NCBI GenBank assembly: GCA_002412795.1
Contig: DHVS01000032.1
Coordinates: 27,577 to 91,576, forward strand
Length of the DNA stretch: 64,000 nucleotides
Direction: 5' to 3'
Source: a bacterium UBP2_UBA5202
Lineage (GTDB): Bacteria; Edwardsbacteria; AC1; EtOH8
The notes under the pieces are model-generated. The model saw only the letters and a program-made list of their open reading frames with translations. It was not told the origin of the DNA and searched no databases. Every line of letters begins with the position of its first letter. Positions within the stretch are counted from its first letter, which is position 1. The position numbers were made by a program, and so were the translations under genes. This document shows positions 36,744 to 45,973 of this stretch, piece by piece.

Positions 36744-38471
36744 ATGAAACGGCAGTATGTTTTACTGGGCCTGACCTTATTGTCAGCGTCACTGGCCGGG
36801 GCCGCCCGCTATCCGCTTTTTGGCGGGCCGGGACTGATCCATCTGCAATCCGCCAAGACCGGGATCGGTTACGGGGGTCGCAGCCTGGCGGCCCTGACAT
36901 CTTATTCCGGACAGAACTACTATGGGCAGTCGGGAAACCAGGACGCCCTGCTTGATGCCTGGAGCTTTAACACCCTGTATTTTGTGCCGGTAAAGAACTT
37001 TTCCCTGATGGCGGCCGGTGTGGGCCATGCCGAGCAATGGACTGTGGCGGCTCCCGACACCAGCCGGCCCGCCGACCAAAGCCTGGGCTGCCCCGGCGAT
37101 GTGGTGCTGGCTGCAAAATACTGCCTGCCTTTGATGGCCGGAAAATTGGACCTGGGCTTGATGCCCACCCTGTCGGTGCCGATGGATAAGGAAAAATACC
37201 AGGACGGCCCGTCCCAAACCGGCAAACTGGATTTCGGGGCAAAGGTCCTGACCGACATCAACCTGGGCCAGACAATGGTATTCGTCAACGCCGGCTTTTT
37301 GACCCGTGGCGACCAGCGGCCCCAGTTGCCTTTCGGGGCCGGAGCCGAATATTCATTCAAGGAAAACTTTTCCGCCTTTCTGGAAGTTTCGGGCGAATAC
37401 CGGCTGGGCGCCCAAAAAGACTCAATCCCCGATGACCTGGTTTTGCGGGGACGGGGGGCCGATCGGACGGAATTACGGGTAACCCCTGGCCTCAGGTATT
37501 CCCCCCTGCCGTTTTTAGGGATCAATCTGGCCTGCGATATCGGGATGACCCAGGCTACAGCTCCCTGGCAGCTGATCCTGGGGTTTGACTTTCCCGCCGC
37601 CGCCGGCAAGGCCGTCTCCGGGACGATCGGCGGCGCGGTGGCCGGCCTGATCAAAGACCGGGAGACCGGTGTTCCCATGAAGGGCATGATCACCTTCCCC
37701 GGCTCCAACCTGCCGGGACTGGTCAGCAACGAAGCCGGAGATTACCAGGCCAAGCTTCCCCCGGGCGAGTACAAGGTCCACATTTACGCCAACGGCTACC
37801 GCTGGCTGGAACGGAAGATAAAAGTCAAGGAAGGCAAGGTGGAGAAATGGGACCTGACCCTGAAGCGGAAGACCGCCGGATTCAAGGGCAAAGTGGTCGA
37901 CCGGGCCTCGGGCCAGCCTTTGCCGGCCATTGTCTCATTCAACAGCAGCCGGGCCGGCGATGTCAGCGCCGACCCCGCCACCGGGCAGTTCGCCACGGTG
38001 GTCGCCCCGGGGAAATATAAAATATCGGTCAGCCTGGAGGGTTATCGGAACTTTGAAGAAGAATTGACCCTCAAGGACAAGGCCGAGACCGAGCGCCAGA
38101 TAACGCTGGAGAAAGAAATTGTGGTGGCGGCCCCGGCCTCGGGCAAAAGGGCCAAAACACCATCTGCCCAACCCCTGGCCCCGGTGGCCTACCAGCCTCC
38201 GGCTTCACCCACTTCCGTGGCCCCCACGGAAAGGCCAAAAGCCACAGCCAAACCAGCCCCAAAACCGGCAGCTCCGGCCATAGCCAAACCGGCCAAGATG
38301 TCGGCCGACGAAGTGACCGCGCTTTACAAGAAGGGGGTCCAGCAGTTCATGAACGAGGAATATGCCGCGGCCGAAAAGACCTTCAAACAGGTGCTGGCCA
38401 ATGATCCAGGCCACGCCAAGGCCAAGGACTACCTGGGCAAGACCAGGGACCGTTTAAAAAAGAGCAAGTAG
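36744..38471 (+). CDS. Secreted protein, paralog B of 34954-36636
   Basis: Same architecture; YPLFGGPGLIHLQSAK.. start; identical C-terminal tail MSADEVTALYKKGVQQFMNEEYA.AEKTFKQVLA.DPGHAKAKDYLGKTRDRLKKSK. Confidence 0.4.
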   Translation: MKRQYVLLGLTLLSASLAGAARYPLFGGPGLIHLQSAKTGIGYGGRSLAALTSYSGQNYYGQSGNQDALLDAWSFNTLYFVPVKNFSLMAAGVGHAEQWTVAAPDTSRPADQSLGCPGDVVLAAKYCLPLMAGKLDLGLMPTLSVPMDKEKYQDGPSQTGKLDFGAKVLTDINLGQTMVFVNAGFLTRGDQRPQLPFGAGAEYSFKENFSAFLEVSGEYRLGAQKDSIPDDLVLRGRGADRTELRVTPGLRYSPLPFLGINLACDIGMTQATAPWQLILGFDFPAAAGKAVSGTIGGAVAGLIKDRETGVPMKGMITFPGSNLPGLVSNEAGDYQAKLPPGEYKVHIYANGYRWLERKIKVKEGKVEKWDLTLKRKTAGFKGKVVDRASGQPLPAIVSFNSSRAGDVSADPATGQFATVVAPGKYKISVSLEGYRNFEEELTLKDKAETERQITLEKEIVVAAPASGKRAKTPSAQPLAPVAYQPPASPTSVAPTERPKATAKPAPKPAAPAIAKPAKMSADEVTALYKKGVQQFMNEEYAAAEKTFKQVLANDPGHAKAKDYLGKTRDRLKKSK

Positions 38472-38592
38472 CCGTAAAATCTTACATTCCATGCAATCCG
38501 CCTGGGATGAATTGAACCACGAAGACGCCAAGGCCGCCAAGGATAACTTAAGCCATCTATTTGCCCTTGCGTCTTTCTGATTAGGTGCAACC

Positions 38593-39063
38593 ATGAACAA
38601 GTCATTTCTAACCGGGGTTCTTTGGGCCGTCCTGACACTCTTGACCGTCAATGTTTTTGCCCAGCCGTCCGACTTCAAAAAGGATGATTTTTACCTGGGC
38701 CAAAACCAGCAGCTGGAGATAGAGATCCACGTCTGGGGCGAGGTCAACCGGCCCGGGGTTTACCGGGTGCCGGACGGCTCCACCGTGCTGGACGTCATCT
38801 CCAGGGCCGGCGGACCGACCCAGTATGCGGCTTTGGGACGGATCAAGGTCTCGCATACCCTGGGACAAAACCCCCGCACCGAGAAATCCGACCTCGACAA
38901 GTACTTAAGCAAGGAGAAGGCCGACACCCTGATGGTGATGATGCCCGGAGACGCCGTGATGGTCCCCCGCAACGCCCGGTTCTTCTGGAAGGACGCGGTC
39001 CGCTTCGTGGCCGACCTGGCGGTCATCGCCAACGTATACTACCTTATCTCCCGGAACCGTTGA
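38593..39063 (+). CDS. Polysaccharide export protein, Wza-like SLBB-domain (second copy)
   Basis: Signal peptide; SLBB-type pattern (EIEIHVWGEVNRPGVYRVPDGSTVLDVISRAGGPT..GDAVMVP). Confidence 0.6.
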   Translation: MNKSFLTGVLWAVLTLLTVNVFAQPSDFKKDDFYLGQNQQLEIEIHVWGEVNRPGVYRVPDGSTVLDVISRAGGPTQYAALGRIKVSHTLGQNPRTEKSDLDKYLSKEKADTLMVMMPGDAVMVPRNARFFWKDAVRFVADLAVIANVYYLISRNR

Positions 39064-39140
39064 ACCGGCACAGGTTCACCGCAAGCTAACAGAGAATACG
39101 GTCCGTAAAGAGATTATTTTTTGCCGAACTATCAACATCT

Positions 39141-41405
39141 TTGATGAAAGCCAGACATTTGAACCAGGAATTAAAGACCCGGACCAGCGAGTCCAACATT
39201 TATGAGCTGATAGACCTTTTGTGGCGGCGGCGGCTTTTGATAGCGGCCTGTCTGCTGGGAGTGGTGCTGCCCATCGTCCTGGCCAATTTCACCATGCCGC
39301 CGGTTTACGAGGCCCAAACCACCATCATCTTTGAGCAGAGCCGGGAGCCGCTTCCCTCCTTCGACATCTCCGAGGCCTTCTCCCGCAAGAGCTACATAGT
39401 TAACCAGATCGAGGAGATCAAGTCCCGCAGCCTGGCCGAGGAAGTGGTCCGGCTTTTGGACCCGGAATATTCCCTGCTGCTGCTGCGGGGGCGGGACCGG
39501 AGCCTGAGCCAGGAGAGGAAGGACTACCGGCTGACCCAGATCATCAAAAAAAGCATCACCGCCGAGCCCATCCGCGATTCCGACGTGATACTGGTCAAAG
39601 TACAGGGTCCCACCCCGGAGGCGGCCTCCAACATCGCCAACCTGGTGGCCGAGGTCATCAAGGAACGGAGCGCTTCGGTCAAGCGGGAACAGGCCTCCTC
39701 CACCCGCAAATTCATAGAGGCCCAGCTGCCCTCGGTGGAGGCCACCCTGAATACCGCCGAAGAGGCCATCAAGAACTTCAAATCCCAGAACCAGGTGGTC
39801 TCGCTCTCCGACGAGGGCAAGGAAATCCTGTCCCGGGCCACCGAGGCCGACAAGCAGATGATCGCCGCCTCCACCGAACGCCAGAGCATCGAAGGCCGGC
39901 TGACCGCCATCTATGACCAGCTTAAGTCCCAGGGCGCCCTGACCGAGAACAGCCTGCCCCTGAGCGCCGGCTCCATGGCCGACAGCCTGCGCAGCAGCCT
40001 GGTAAACCTGCAGATGGAGATCATCAAGCTGCAGGTCAAGGGCTACGCTCCGGACCACCCCCAGATCAGGAACCTCAACGCCCAGATCGCCAATGTCAAG
40101 TCCCGGCTGCTGGAGGAACTGCAGAAGATCACCCAGAAGAACCGGCTTTCGCCCATGCCCCAGATCCAGTCGCTGCTGGACCAGATCCCTCCGCTGGAGA
40201 TCCAGCGGGCCACCATGTCGGCCCGGGAAACAGCCTTAAAGACCATCCTGTCACAGTACGATTTCGGCCTTTCCAAGCTTCCCAACAAAGAGCTGCAGCT
40301 GGCCCGGCTGCTGCGGGCCAAGGAGGTGGGGGAGAGCGTCTACCGGCTGCTGCTGATGAAGCACGAGGAGGCCAAGATCACCGAAGCCGGGAAGATCGGG
40401 AACGTCCGGGTGATAGACCCGGCCCAGCCGCCCCAGTTCCCCATCAAGCCCCGCAAGGTGCTGAACTTCGCCATCGGCCTGGTGGTGGGATTGACCCTGG
40501 GAGTGGGACTGTCTTTCTTTTTGGATTCCCTGGACAATTCGGTAAAAACGGTGGAGGACATCGAGCATAACTTTGAACTGCCGGTGCTGGGACTGATCCC
40601 CGCCATTCACTCCGAGGGAGGAAAGAACGGCCGCAAGAACGGCGGCGACGAGGTGGCCCGGATCTCGGCCACCCTGGTCACCAAATACACACCCCGCTCC
40701 CATGTGTCGGAAGCCTACCGCTCCCTAAGAACCAACATCCAGTTCTCCCGGATCGACGACCCCCTGAAGACCGTGGTCATATCATCGGCCGCGCCCTCCG
40801 AAGGCAAGTCCACCTCGGCCGCCAATATTGCCATCACCACCGCCCTGTCCGGCATCCGCACCCTGCTGGTGGACGCCGACCTCAGAAGGCCGGTGATCCA
40901 CTCCCTGTTCGGGCTGGAACGGGAGCCGGGGTTAAGCAACCTGCTGGCCGAACGCCTGGCCCTGGAGAAAGTGATCAAACCATCGGGAATAGAAAACCTT
41001 TCCATCCTAACCTGCGGGGCCATCCCGCCCAACCCCTCGGAGCTTTTGGGCTCCCAGCGGATGCGGGACCTGATCAAGCTGCTGAGCCAGCAGTACGACC
41101 TGGTGCTGTTCGACAGCCCGCCGGTGATCACCGTCACCGACACGGCGGTCTTAAGTCCCCAGGTGGACGGGCTGGTGCTGGTGGTAAAATCCCATGCCAC
41201 CGACAAGCGGGCTTTGTTGCGTGCCAAGACCATTCTGACCAATCTCAAGGCCAATATTTTGGGCGTGGTGCTGAATAAGATCGAGCTTTCCGGTCTGGCC
41301 GGTAGTTACGATTATTATTACCACTACAATTATTATTATGCCGAGGACGGCGCCAAGAAAAAACGGGACCGGCAGCATAAATGGTGGAATGTTTTGAAGG
41401 GCTGA
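39141..41405 (+). CDS. Polysaccharide co-polymerase / tyrosine autokinase (Wzc-like), second copy
   Basis: Same architecture as 32689-34941; Walker A SSAAPSEGKSTSAANIA; DADLRRP; tyrosine tail SYDYYYHYNYYYAEDG. Confidence 0.8.
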   Translation: MMKARHLNQELKTRTSESNIYELIDLLWRRRLLIAACLLGVVLPIVLANFTMPPVYEAQTTIIFEQSREPLPSFDISEAFSRKSYIVNQIEEIKSRSLAEEVVRLLDPEYSLLLLRGRDRSLSQERKDYRLTQIIKKSITAEPIRDSDVILVKVQGPTPEAASNIANLVAEVIKERSASVKREQASSTRKFIEAQLPSVEATLNTAEEAIKNFKSQNQVVSLSDEGKEILSRATEADKQMIAASTERQSIEGRLTAIYDQLKSQGALTENSLPLSAGSMADSLRSSLVNLQMEIIKLQVKGYAPDHPQIRNLNAQIANVKSRLLEELQKITQKNRLSPMPQIQSLLDQIPPLEIQRATMSARETALKTILSQYDFGLSKLPNKELQLARLLRAKEVGESVYRLLLMKHEEAKITEAGKIGNVRVIDPAQPPQFPIKPRKVLNFAIGLVVGLTLGVGLSFFLDSLDNSVKTVEDIEHNFELPVLGLIPAIHSEGGKNGRKNGGDEVARISATLVTKYTPRSHVSEAYRSLRTNIQFSRIDDPLKTVVISSAAPSEGKSTSAANIAITTALSGIRTLLVDADLRRPVIHSLFGLEREPGLSNLLAERLALEKVIKPSGIENLSILTCGAIPPNPSELLGSQRMRDLIKLLSQQYDLVLFDSPPVITVTDTAVLSPQVDGLVLVVKSHATDKRALLRAKTILTNLKANILGVVLNKIELSGLAGSYDYYYHYNYYYAEDGAKKKRDRQHKWWNVLKG

Positions 41406-41436
41406 ACTAATTTAACAATCTGTCTTGTTTTTAAAC

Positions 41437-41679
41437 ATGAGCCCGTCAATATTTAGGGAAAAAGGTTATCGCTTTTACTTTCTCTCCAATTAGGAAGAAC
41501 GCATACACGTCCATGTTACCTGCGAAACCGGAGAAGCCAAATTTTGGCTTGAGCCCATCGTCTCACTGGCAGTAAACCATGGATTAAACCAAAGAAAACT
41601 GAAGGACATTCAGCATATCGTGGAGAAACACAAAGATGAGATCATTAAAGCCTGGCAAAAACATTTTATTGAGCGTTGA
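41437..41679 (+). pseudogene. DUF4160-family small protein interrupted by an in-frame amber codon (TAG at 41491-41493)
   Basis: MSPSIFREKGYRFYFLSN*EERIHVHVTCETGEAKFWLEP..; family-typical ..YF..N.E..PHVHV..GEAKFWL pattern continues in frame across the stop. Confidence 0.5.
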
Positions 41680-41977
41680 GAATATCACGCCTTTCGGCAT
41701 TTGGCTCTTTGTAAAAGGAAAAGAATACTTTATGAGTTTTCAACAGTATCCTTATTTCAAAGACCAGACATTGAATTCCATACAAAAGGTCCAGTTGCTG
41801 CATGGTTACCATTTATATTGGCCGGACCTGGATGTTGACCTGGAAATAGATAATCTCGAGAATCCTGGAAAATATAAACTGCGATCCAAGGCTCCTGCAC
41901 AATCAAGGAGAAAACAGCCTTATTCTAAGCTGCCATTGCGTGATGTTCGTAAAGGAAATGCCGCGAGACCAATGTGA
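41636..41977 (+). CDS. DUF2442-family small protein (usual partner of DUF4160)
   Basis: 113 aa; ..GIWLFVKGKEYFMSF..LHGYHLYWPDLDVDLEIDNL pattern; overlaps the DUF4160 3' end. Confidence 0.5.
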   Translation: MRSLKPGKNILLSVENITPFGIWLFVKGKEYFMSFQQYPYFKDQTLNSIQKVQLLHGYHLYWPDLDVDLEIDNLENPGKYKLRSKAPAQSRRKQPYSKLPLRDVRKGNAARPM

Positions 41978-42005
41978 CCAAGTAAAAGATATAAAGGATG
42001 TATAT

Positions 42006-42044
42006 AAAAAACCGGCGTATTTATATATACGCCGGTTTTTTATT
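42006..42044. terminator. Bidirectional rho-independent terminator
   Basis: AAAAAACCGGCGTAT-TTATATA-TACGCCGGTTTTTTATT between convergent genes. Confidence 0.8.
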
Positions 42045-42067
42045 GTTCCTGGCTTTGCTTCCCGTCT

Positions 42068-43237
42068 TCACATATTCCTGACTGTTTCCCTGAACTGTAT
42101 GCCCCGTTTCTTAAAATCCTTTATGAACAGCACCGGATCGATGGACTTCTCCAGCGGCACCGCGCCTTTGGGCGCCAGACCCTGCACCAGGTGGTGGGCC
42201 ACTATGGCCGCCGGGAACCCGGTGGTCCGCTCCATGGCGGTGAACCCGGTCCTGTCGTCCTGAAAATCAATGATGTCTATCTTGGCCTCCACTTTTTTGC
42301 CGTTGAGCTTTCCCAGGGCCGTCACCCGCAGCACTATCAGGTCCTTGTCCTTGGGGAAATCTATGGCCCTGGTAATCAGGGCATGGCTTAGGCGGCGGGG
42401 GATGACCTTCTGGCCCTTGACGTCGAGCGGAACCTGGTCGAAGAACCCCAGCTCCAGCATGGTCTTGATCTTCTGGTGGTGTCCGGGATAGCGCACCGTC
42501 TTATAGTCGTACTCTTTGACCTTCCCGGCAAAGGTCCAGGGCGCGGTGGAGGTGCCGCCGCTGGTGACGAAGGCCTCGCACCTGCCCACCGGCTGGGGGA
42601 ACTCAATGGTCTCCAGACCGTCAAAGGTCGGGACCTTGGCCACCTTGCCGTTCCTGACGATGTAGGCCTCGCCGAAATATTCGTTGATCAGGCCCTCCAC
42701 CGAGAACACCAGTTTGTAGTTCAGCGGCCCCCTGGGTTTTTGGGGCAGGCCCCCGCAGCGCATATGGATCTCGTCCACCTTGTCCAGTTTGTTGATGAAG
42801 TAGGCGGCCAGGGTGTTGCCCATGCCCGGCATCAGTCCGGTGTCCGGCACGATGGTGATTCCTTTGGCCCTGGCCTGCCTGTGGAGCGAAAGCTCTTTCA
42901 TCACCACATCCGTGTTGCCGCCCAGGTCGCAGAAGTTGGCCCCGGCCTCCACCGCGGCCCTGGCCACTCCGTAATTGTAGTGGTAGGGCACGGCGCTGAC
43001 CACGCAGTCGGCCCCGGCGAACAGTTTTTTGAGCGCCGCCGGATTTCCGGCGTCGGCCTTGACCGCCCTGGAGATCCCCGGCTTCACCAGTTTGTTGACC
43101 CGGGCCGCGCCGGTCCGGGCCAGTTTCAAGTCGTGGTCGGCCAATATGACCGGCCCGGCCTGGCAGAACTTTGCCAGGTCATAGGCTATGGCCACTCCCT
43201 GGCGGCCAGCCCCCAGAACTATGTATTTGTATTTCAT
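42068..43237 (-). CDS. Saccharopine dehydrogenase family NAD(P)-binding oxidoreductase (start trimmed to MKYKYIVLGAGRQG)
   Basis: N-terminal Rossmann GxGxxG (LGAGRQG); overall match to saccharopine dehydrogenase / homospermidine synthase-like fold. Confidence 0.65.
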   Translation of the reverse strand: MKYKYIVLGAGRQGVAIAYDLAKFCQAGPVILADHDLKLARTGAARVNKLVKPGISRAVKADAGNPAALKKLFAGADCVVSAVPYHYNYGVARAAVEAGANFCDLGGNTDVVMKELSLHRQARAKGITIVPDTGLMPGMGNTLAAYFINKLDKVDEIHMRCGGLPQKPRGPLNYKLVFSVEGLINEYFGEAYIVRNGKVAKVPTFDGLETIEFPQPVGRCEAFVTSGGTSTAPWTFAGKVKEYDYKTVRYPGHHQKIKTMLELGFFDQVPLDVKGQKVIPRRLSHALITRAIDFPKDKDLIVLRVTALGKLNGKKVEAKIDIIDFQDDRTGFTAMERTTGFPAAIVAHHLVQGLAPKGAVPLEKSIDPVLFIKDFKKRGIQFRETVRNM

Positions 43238-43505
43238 GTTTTGATTATACCCCAAGGACCGTGATTTGTCAAAATTTATTTTTTGTTTTGGTTGCATAAT
43301 TCGCCCCGTCCATATATAATTAACCTGTCATCCTGAGCGGTGCATTGATTTATTCGTAATGCCCAATACCCTGCCCGACAGACCGAAGGATGATCCGGGA
43401 CTTCATCCCGGTGACCGGTTATCTGGACGATCTGGTGCTGGCGCTTTGGCCGCTGATCCTGGCTTTGTTAGCATGGATAATCATAAAAGTAATCGGAAAA
43501 CATTG

Positions 43506-43997
43506 ATGCCGACCGTCCAAAAGATAATAAAACTTTTAAAGCTCAAGCCCCTGCCCCAGGAAGGCGGGCTTTACCGGGAGACCTACCGTTCTGCCTTGAA
43601 GGTAGATTGCGGAACCGGGGCCAAACGCAGCGTGGGAACCTCAATTTACTATCTTATAACCCCGGATAGATTTTCGGCCCTGCATCGCGTTTCCTCCGAT
43701 GAGATCTTTCACTTTTATCTCGGCGATCCGGTGGAGATGCTGCTGCTCTACCCTAACGGCAGGTCCCGGAAAGTGATCCTGGGACCGGACATCGAAAAAG
43801 GCCAACACCCTCAGTTCCTGGTTCCCAAGAATGTCTGGCAGGGTTCGCGGCTTAAAGGAGACGGCAAGTACGCCCTGCTAGGCACCACTGTTTTTCCGGG
43901 CTTCGATTTCGCCGATTACCGGCAGGGCAGCAGGAAAGAACTATTGAAGCTCTACCCAAAATGCAAACAAGCAATAACTGCATTGACCGCAGAATGA
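43506..43997 (+). CDS. Cupin-fold protein, DUF985 family (start trimmed to MPTVQKII)
   Basis: LPQEGGLYRETYRS..SIYYLI..SALHRVSSDEIFHFYLGDP..GTTVFPGFDFADY pattern. Confidence 0.7.
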   Translation: MPTVQKIIKLLKLKPLPQEGGLYRETYRSALKVDCGTGAKRSVGTSIYYLITPDRFSALHRVSSDEIFHFYLGDPVEMLLLYPNGRSRKVILGPDIEKGQHPQFLVPKNVWQGSRLKGDGKYALLGTTVFPGFDFADYRQGSRKELLKLYPKCKQAITALTAE

Positions 43998-44752
43998 AGG
44001 TCTATCTTCTTTTAACCCTATCGCTGGCCCTGTTGGTTGCCGCGGCTTCAGCCCAAACCGGTTTTAAACGGATGCAGCTGCGGAACCCCAGGGTGCGGCA
44101 GGCCTATGTCCAAAAAGAGCCGGGAGTAAAAGCATTGTTCAAAGCCCGTGAACTTACCTATCCCCCAAAGCAGATCCTGATCAGAATATTCAAGCAGGAA
44201 ATGCTGCTGGAACTCTGGGCCGCCGATTCTGCCGGAACGGCCATGATCCCGGTAAAAGAATATCCGGTTTGCGCCTCTTCCGGGGAGCCCGGTCCCAAGC
44301 GAAAGCGCGGCGACGGCCAGGTGCCGGAGGGCTTTTACTCCATCAATCATTTCAATCCCGCCAGCAACTTTCACCTTTCCCTGGGACTTGATTACCCCAA
44401 CCGCTCCGACCAGCTGCTGGGCGACCGGGACGACCCCGGCAGCGCCATTTACATCCACGGGGACTGCGTGACCATCGGCTGCATCCCCATCACCGACGAG
44501 GGGATCAAGGAGCTGTACCTGATGGCGCTGGAAGCCAGAAACGGCGGGCAGGAGAAGATCCCCGTCCACCTTTTTCCCTGCCGGATGGAGGGGTCAAGCT
44601 ATCAGAAAATGCTGGAGGAACATCGGGAAGACCCGGTTCTCTTGAGGTTCTGGGACAACCTGAAACAGGGTTATGATTTTTTTGGAGCCAACAAAACCGT
44701 TCCCCGGATAATGGTGGACCGCAAGGGGAGTTATTTTTTCAACCAACCGTAA
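43994..44752 (+). CDS. L,D-transpeptidase (YkuD) catalytic-domain protein, secreted
   Basis: Signal peptide MKVYLLLTLSLALLVAAASA; catalytic HG..TIGCI motif (IYIHGDCVTIGCIPI); ATGA overlap with upstream gene. Confidence 0.6.
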   Translation: MKVYLLLTLSLALLVAAASAQTGFKRMQLRNPRVRQAYVQKEPGVKALFKARELTYPPKQILIRIFKQEMLLELWAADSAGTAMIPVKEYPVCASSGEPGPKRKRGDGQVPEGFYSINHFNPASNFHLSLGLDYPNRSDQLLGDRDDPGSAIYIHGDCVTIGCIPITDEGIKELYLMALEARNGGQEKIPVHLFPCRMEGSSYQKMLEEHREDPVLLRFWDNLKQGYDFFGANKTVPRIMVDRKGSYFFNQP

Positions 44753-44758
44753 AACGCC

Positions 44759-45559
44759 ATGTTTAAAAACCTGAGCATTCCCGTTCAAAGGCTGTATGTT
44801 CAGATAACCGCCGCCATCGTCACCAACAGCTACTTTTTGGCGCCTTATCTGAAATACCTGCCCTGCCCCTCGCTGAACTGCTACGCCTGCCCGGCGGCTA
44901 ATTTCGCCTGCCCCATCGGGACCCTGCAGTACTTCGTGATCATCGGGGTCTTCCCGTTCCTGCTGCTGGGAATATTGTTCCTGGTGGGAGGGTTCTTGGG
45001 ACGATGGGCCTGCGGCTACCTGTGCCCCTTCGGATTATTTCAGGATCTGCTGGCCAAAATAAGAAAGGCCAAGCTTGAGATGCCCACCTGGCTGGGCTGG
45101 GGCCGCTATGTCTCTTTGGTCGGCGTGGCCATAATAATTCCGGCCATCACCAAGGAGCCCTGGTTCAGCAAACTCTGCCCGGCCGGAACGCTGGAGGCCG
45201 GGATACCGATAGTGGGCTGGGCCTTCTTCAAGACCAAGGCGCTGGGACAGTATTCAACGATATTGGGCATGACCGGCTGGCTGTTCTGGGTCAAGGTCGG
45301 ACTGCTGGCCGGGACCATCGCGGCCGCCATCTACATCAAGCGTCCCTTCTGCCGGTTCATCTGCCCGCTGGGAGCCATCTTCGGTTTGTTCAACCGGGTC
45401 TCCCTGCTGCAGATCAAGGTGAATCATCACGCCCTGCACCTGCCGGCCGACTGCCGCAAGATCTGTCCGGTGGACATTGATATCAGAAAGGACCCGGTCT
45501 CGGCCAAGTGCATCCGGTGCATGCAGTGCACCAAGTGTCCGGGAGTGTCCCAGAAATAG
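44759..45559 (+). CDS. Membrane-bound 4Fe-4S ferredoxin-type protein (NapH/MauN-like)
   Basis: TM helices plus Cys clusters CPFGLFQDLL, CRFICPLGAIFG, CIRCMQCTKCPG. Confidence 0.7.
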   Translation: MFKNLSIPVQRLYVQITAAIVTNSYFLAPYLKYLPCPSLNCYACPAANFACPIGTLQYFVIIGVFPFLLLGILFLVGGFLGRWACGYLCPFGLFQDLLAKIRKAKLEMPTWLGWGRYVSLVGVAIIIPAITKEPWFSKLCPAGTLEAGIPIVGWAFFKTKALGQYSTILGMTGWLFWVKVGLLAGTIAAAIYIKRPFCRFICPLGAIFGLFNRVSLLQIKVNHHALHLPADCRKICPVDIDIRKDPVSAKCIRCMQCTKCPGVSQK

Positions 45560-45573
45560 CATTGTGAAAAAAG

Positions 45574-45608
45574 AAAAGCCCGAAGGATTTTATCCTTCGG
45601 GCTTTTTG
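45574..45608. terminator. Bidirectional rho-independent terminator
   Basis: AAAAGCCCGAAGGAT-TTTAT-CCTTCGGGCTTTTTG. Confidence 0.8.
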
Positions 45609-45637
45609 TTAGAAGAAAACTACTAAGTACCGGCGAT

Positions 45638-45973
45638 TCACTGCCGCTGGGCCACACGGGCGGCCCAGGTGAAGGCGCCGAAATACCTGCGCCACAGGTC
45701 ATCGGTGGAGGAAAAACTGTTCTCGAACCAGAAATAATCCGCCAGCGCTTCGTACAGCCTGGTCAGCTCTTTCAGCCGCGTTTTGTTCCTGGGGTCATCG
45801 ATGGTCAGCCAAAGCAGTTCCAGCCCGCGTTCGGCTGCCCGGCGGCTGATCCCCTCGTCCCGGCCCCGCCACTTGATGGTCCGCTCCACTTCGCTGCCGA
45901 TGTTGGCCATTTGTCCGGCAAAGGTCAGGGTCTGCCAGCGGCCGGAAGCCAGTTCGCTATGAACGAAACTCAC
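45638..45973 (-). CDS. Hypothetical protein (111 aa)
   Basis: High-GC ORF with ATGA-type overlap to upstream ORF; no confident motif. Confidence 0.35.
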   Translation of the reverse strand: MSFVHSELASGRWQTLTFAGQMANIGSEVERTIKWRGRDEGISRRAAERGLELLWLTIDDPRNKTRLKELTRLYEALADYFWFENSFSSTDDLWRRYFGAFTWAARVAQRQ

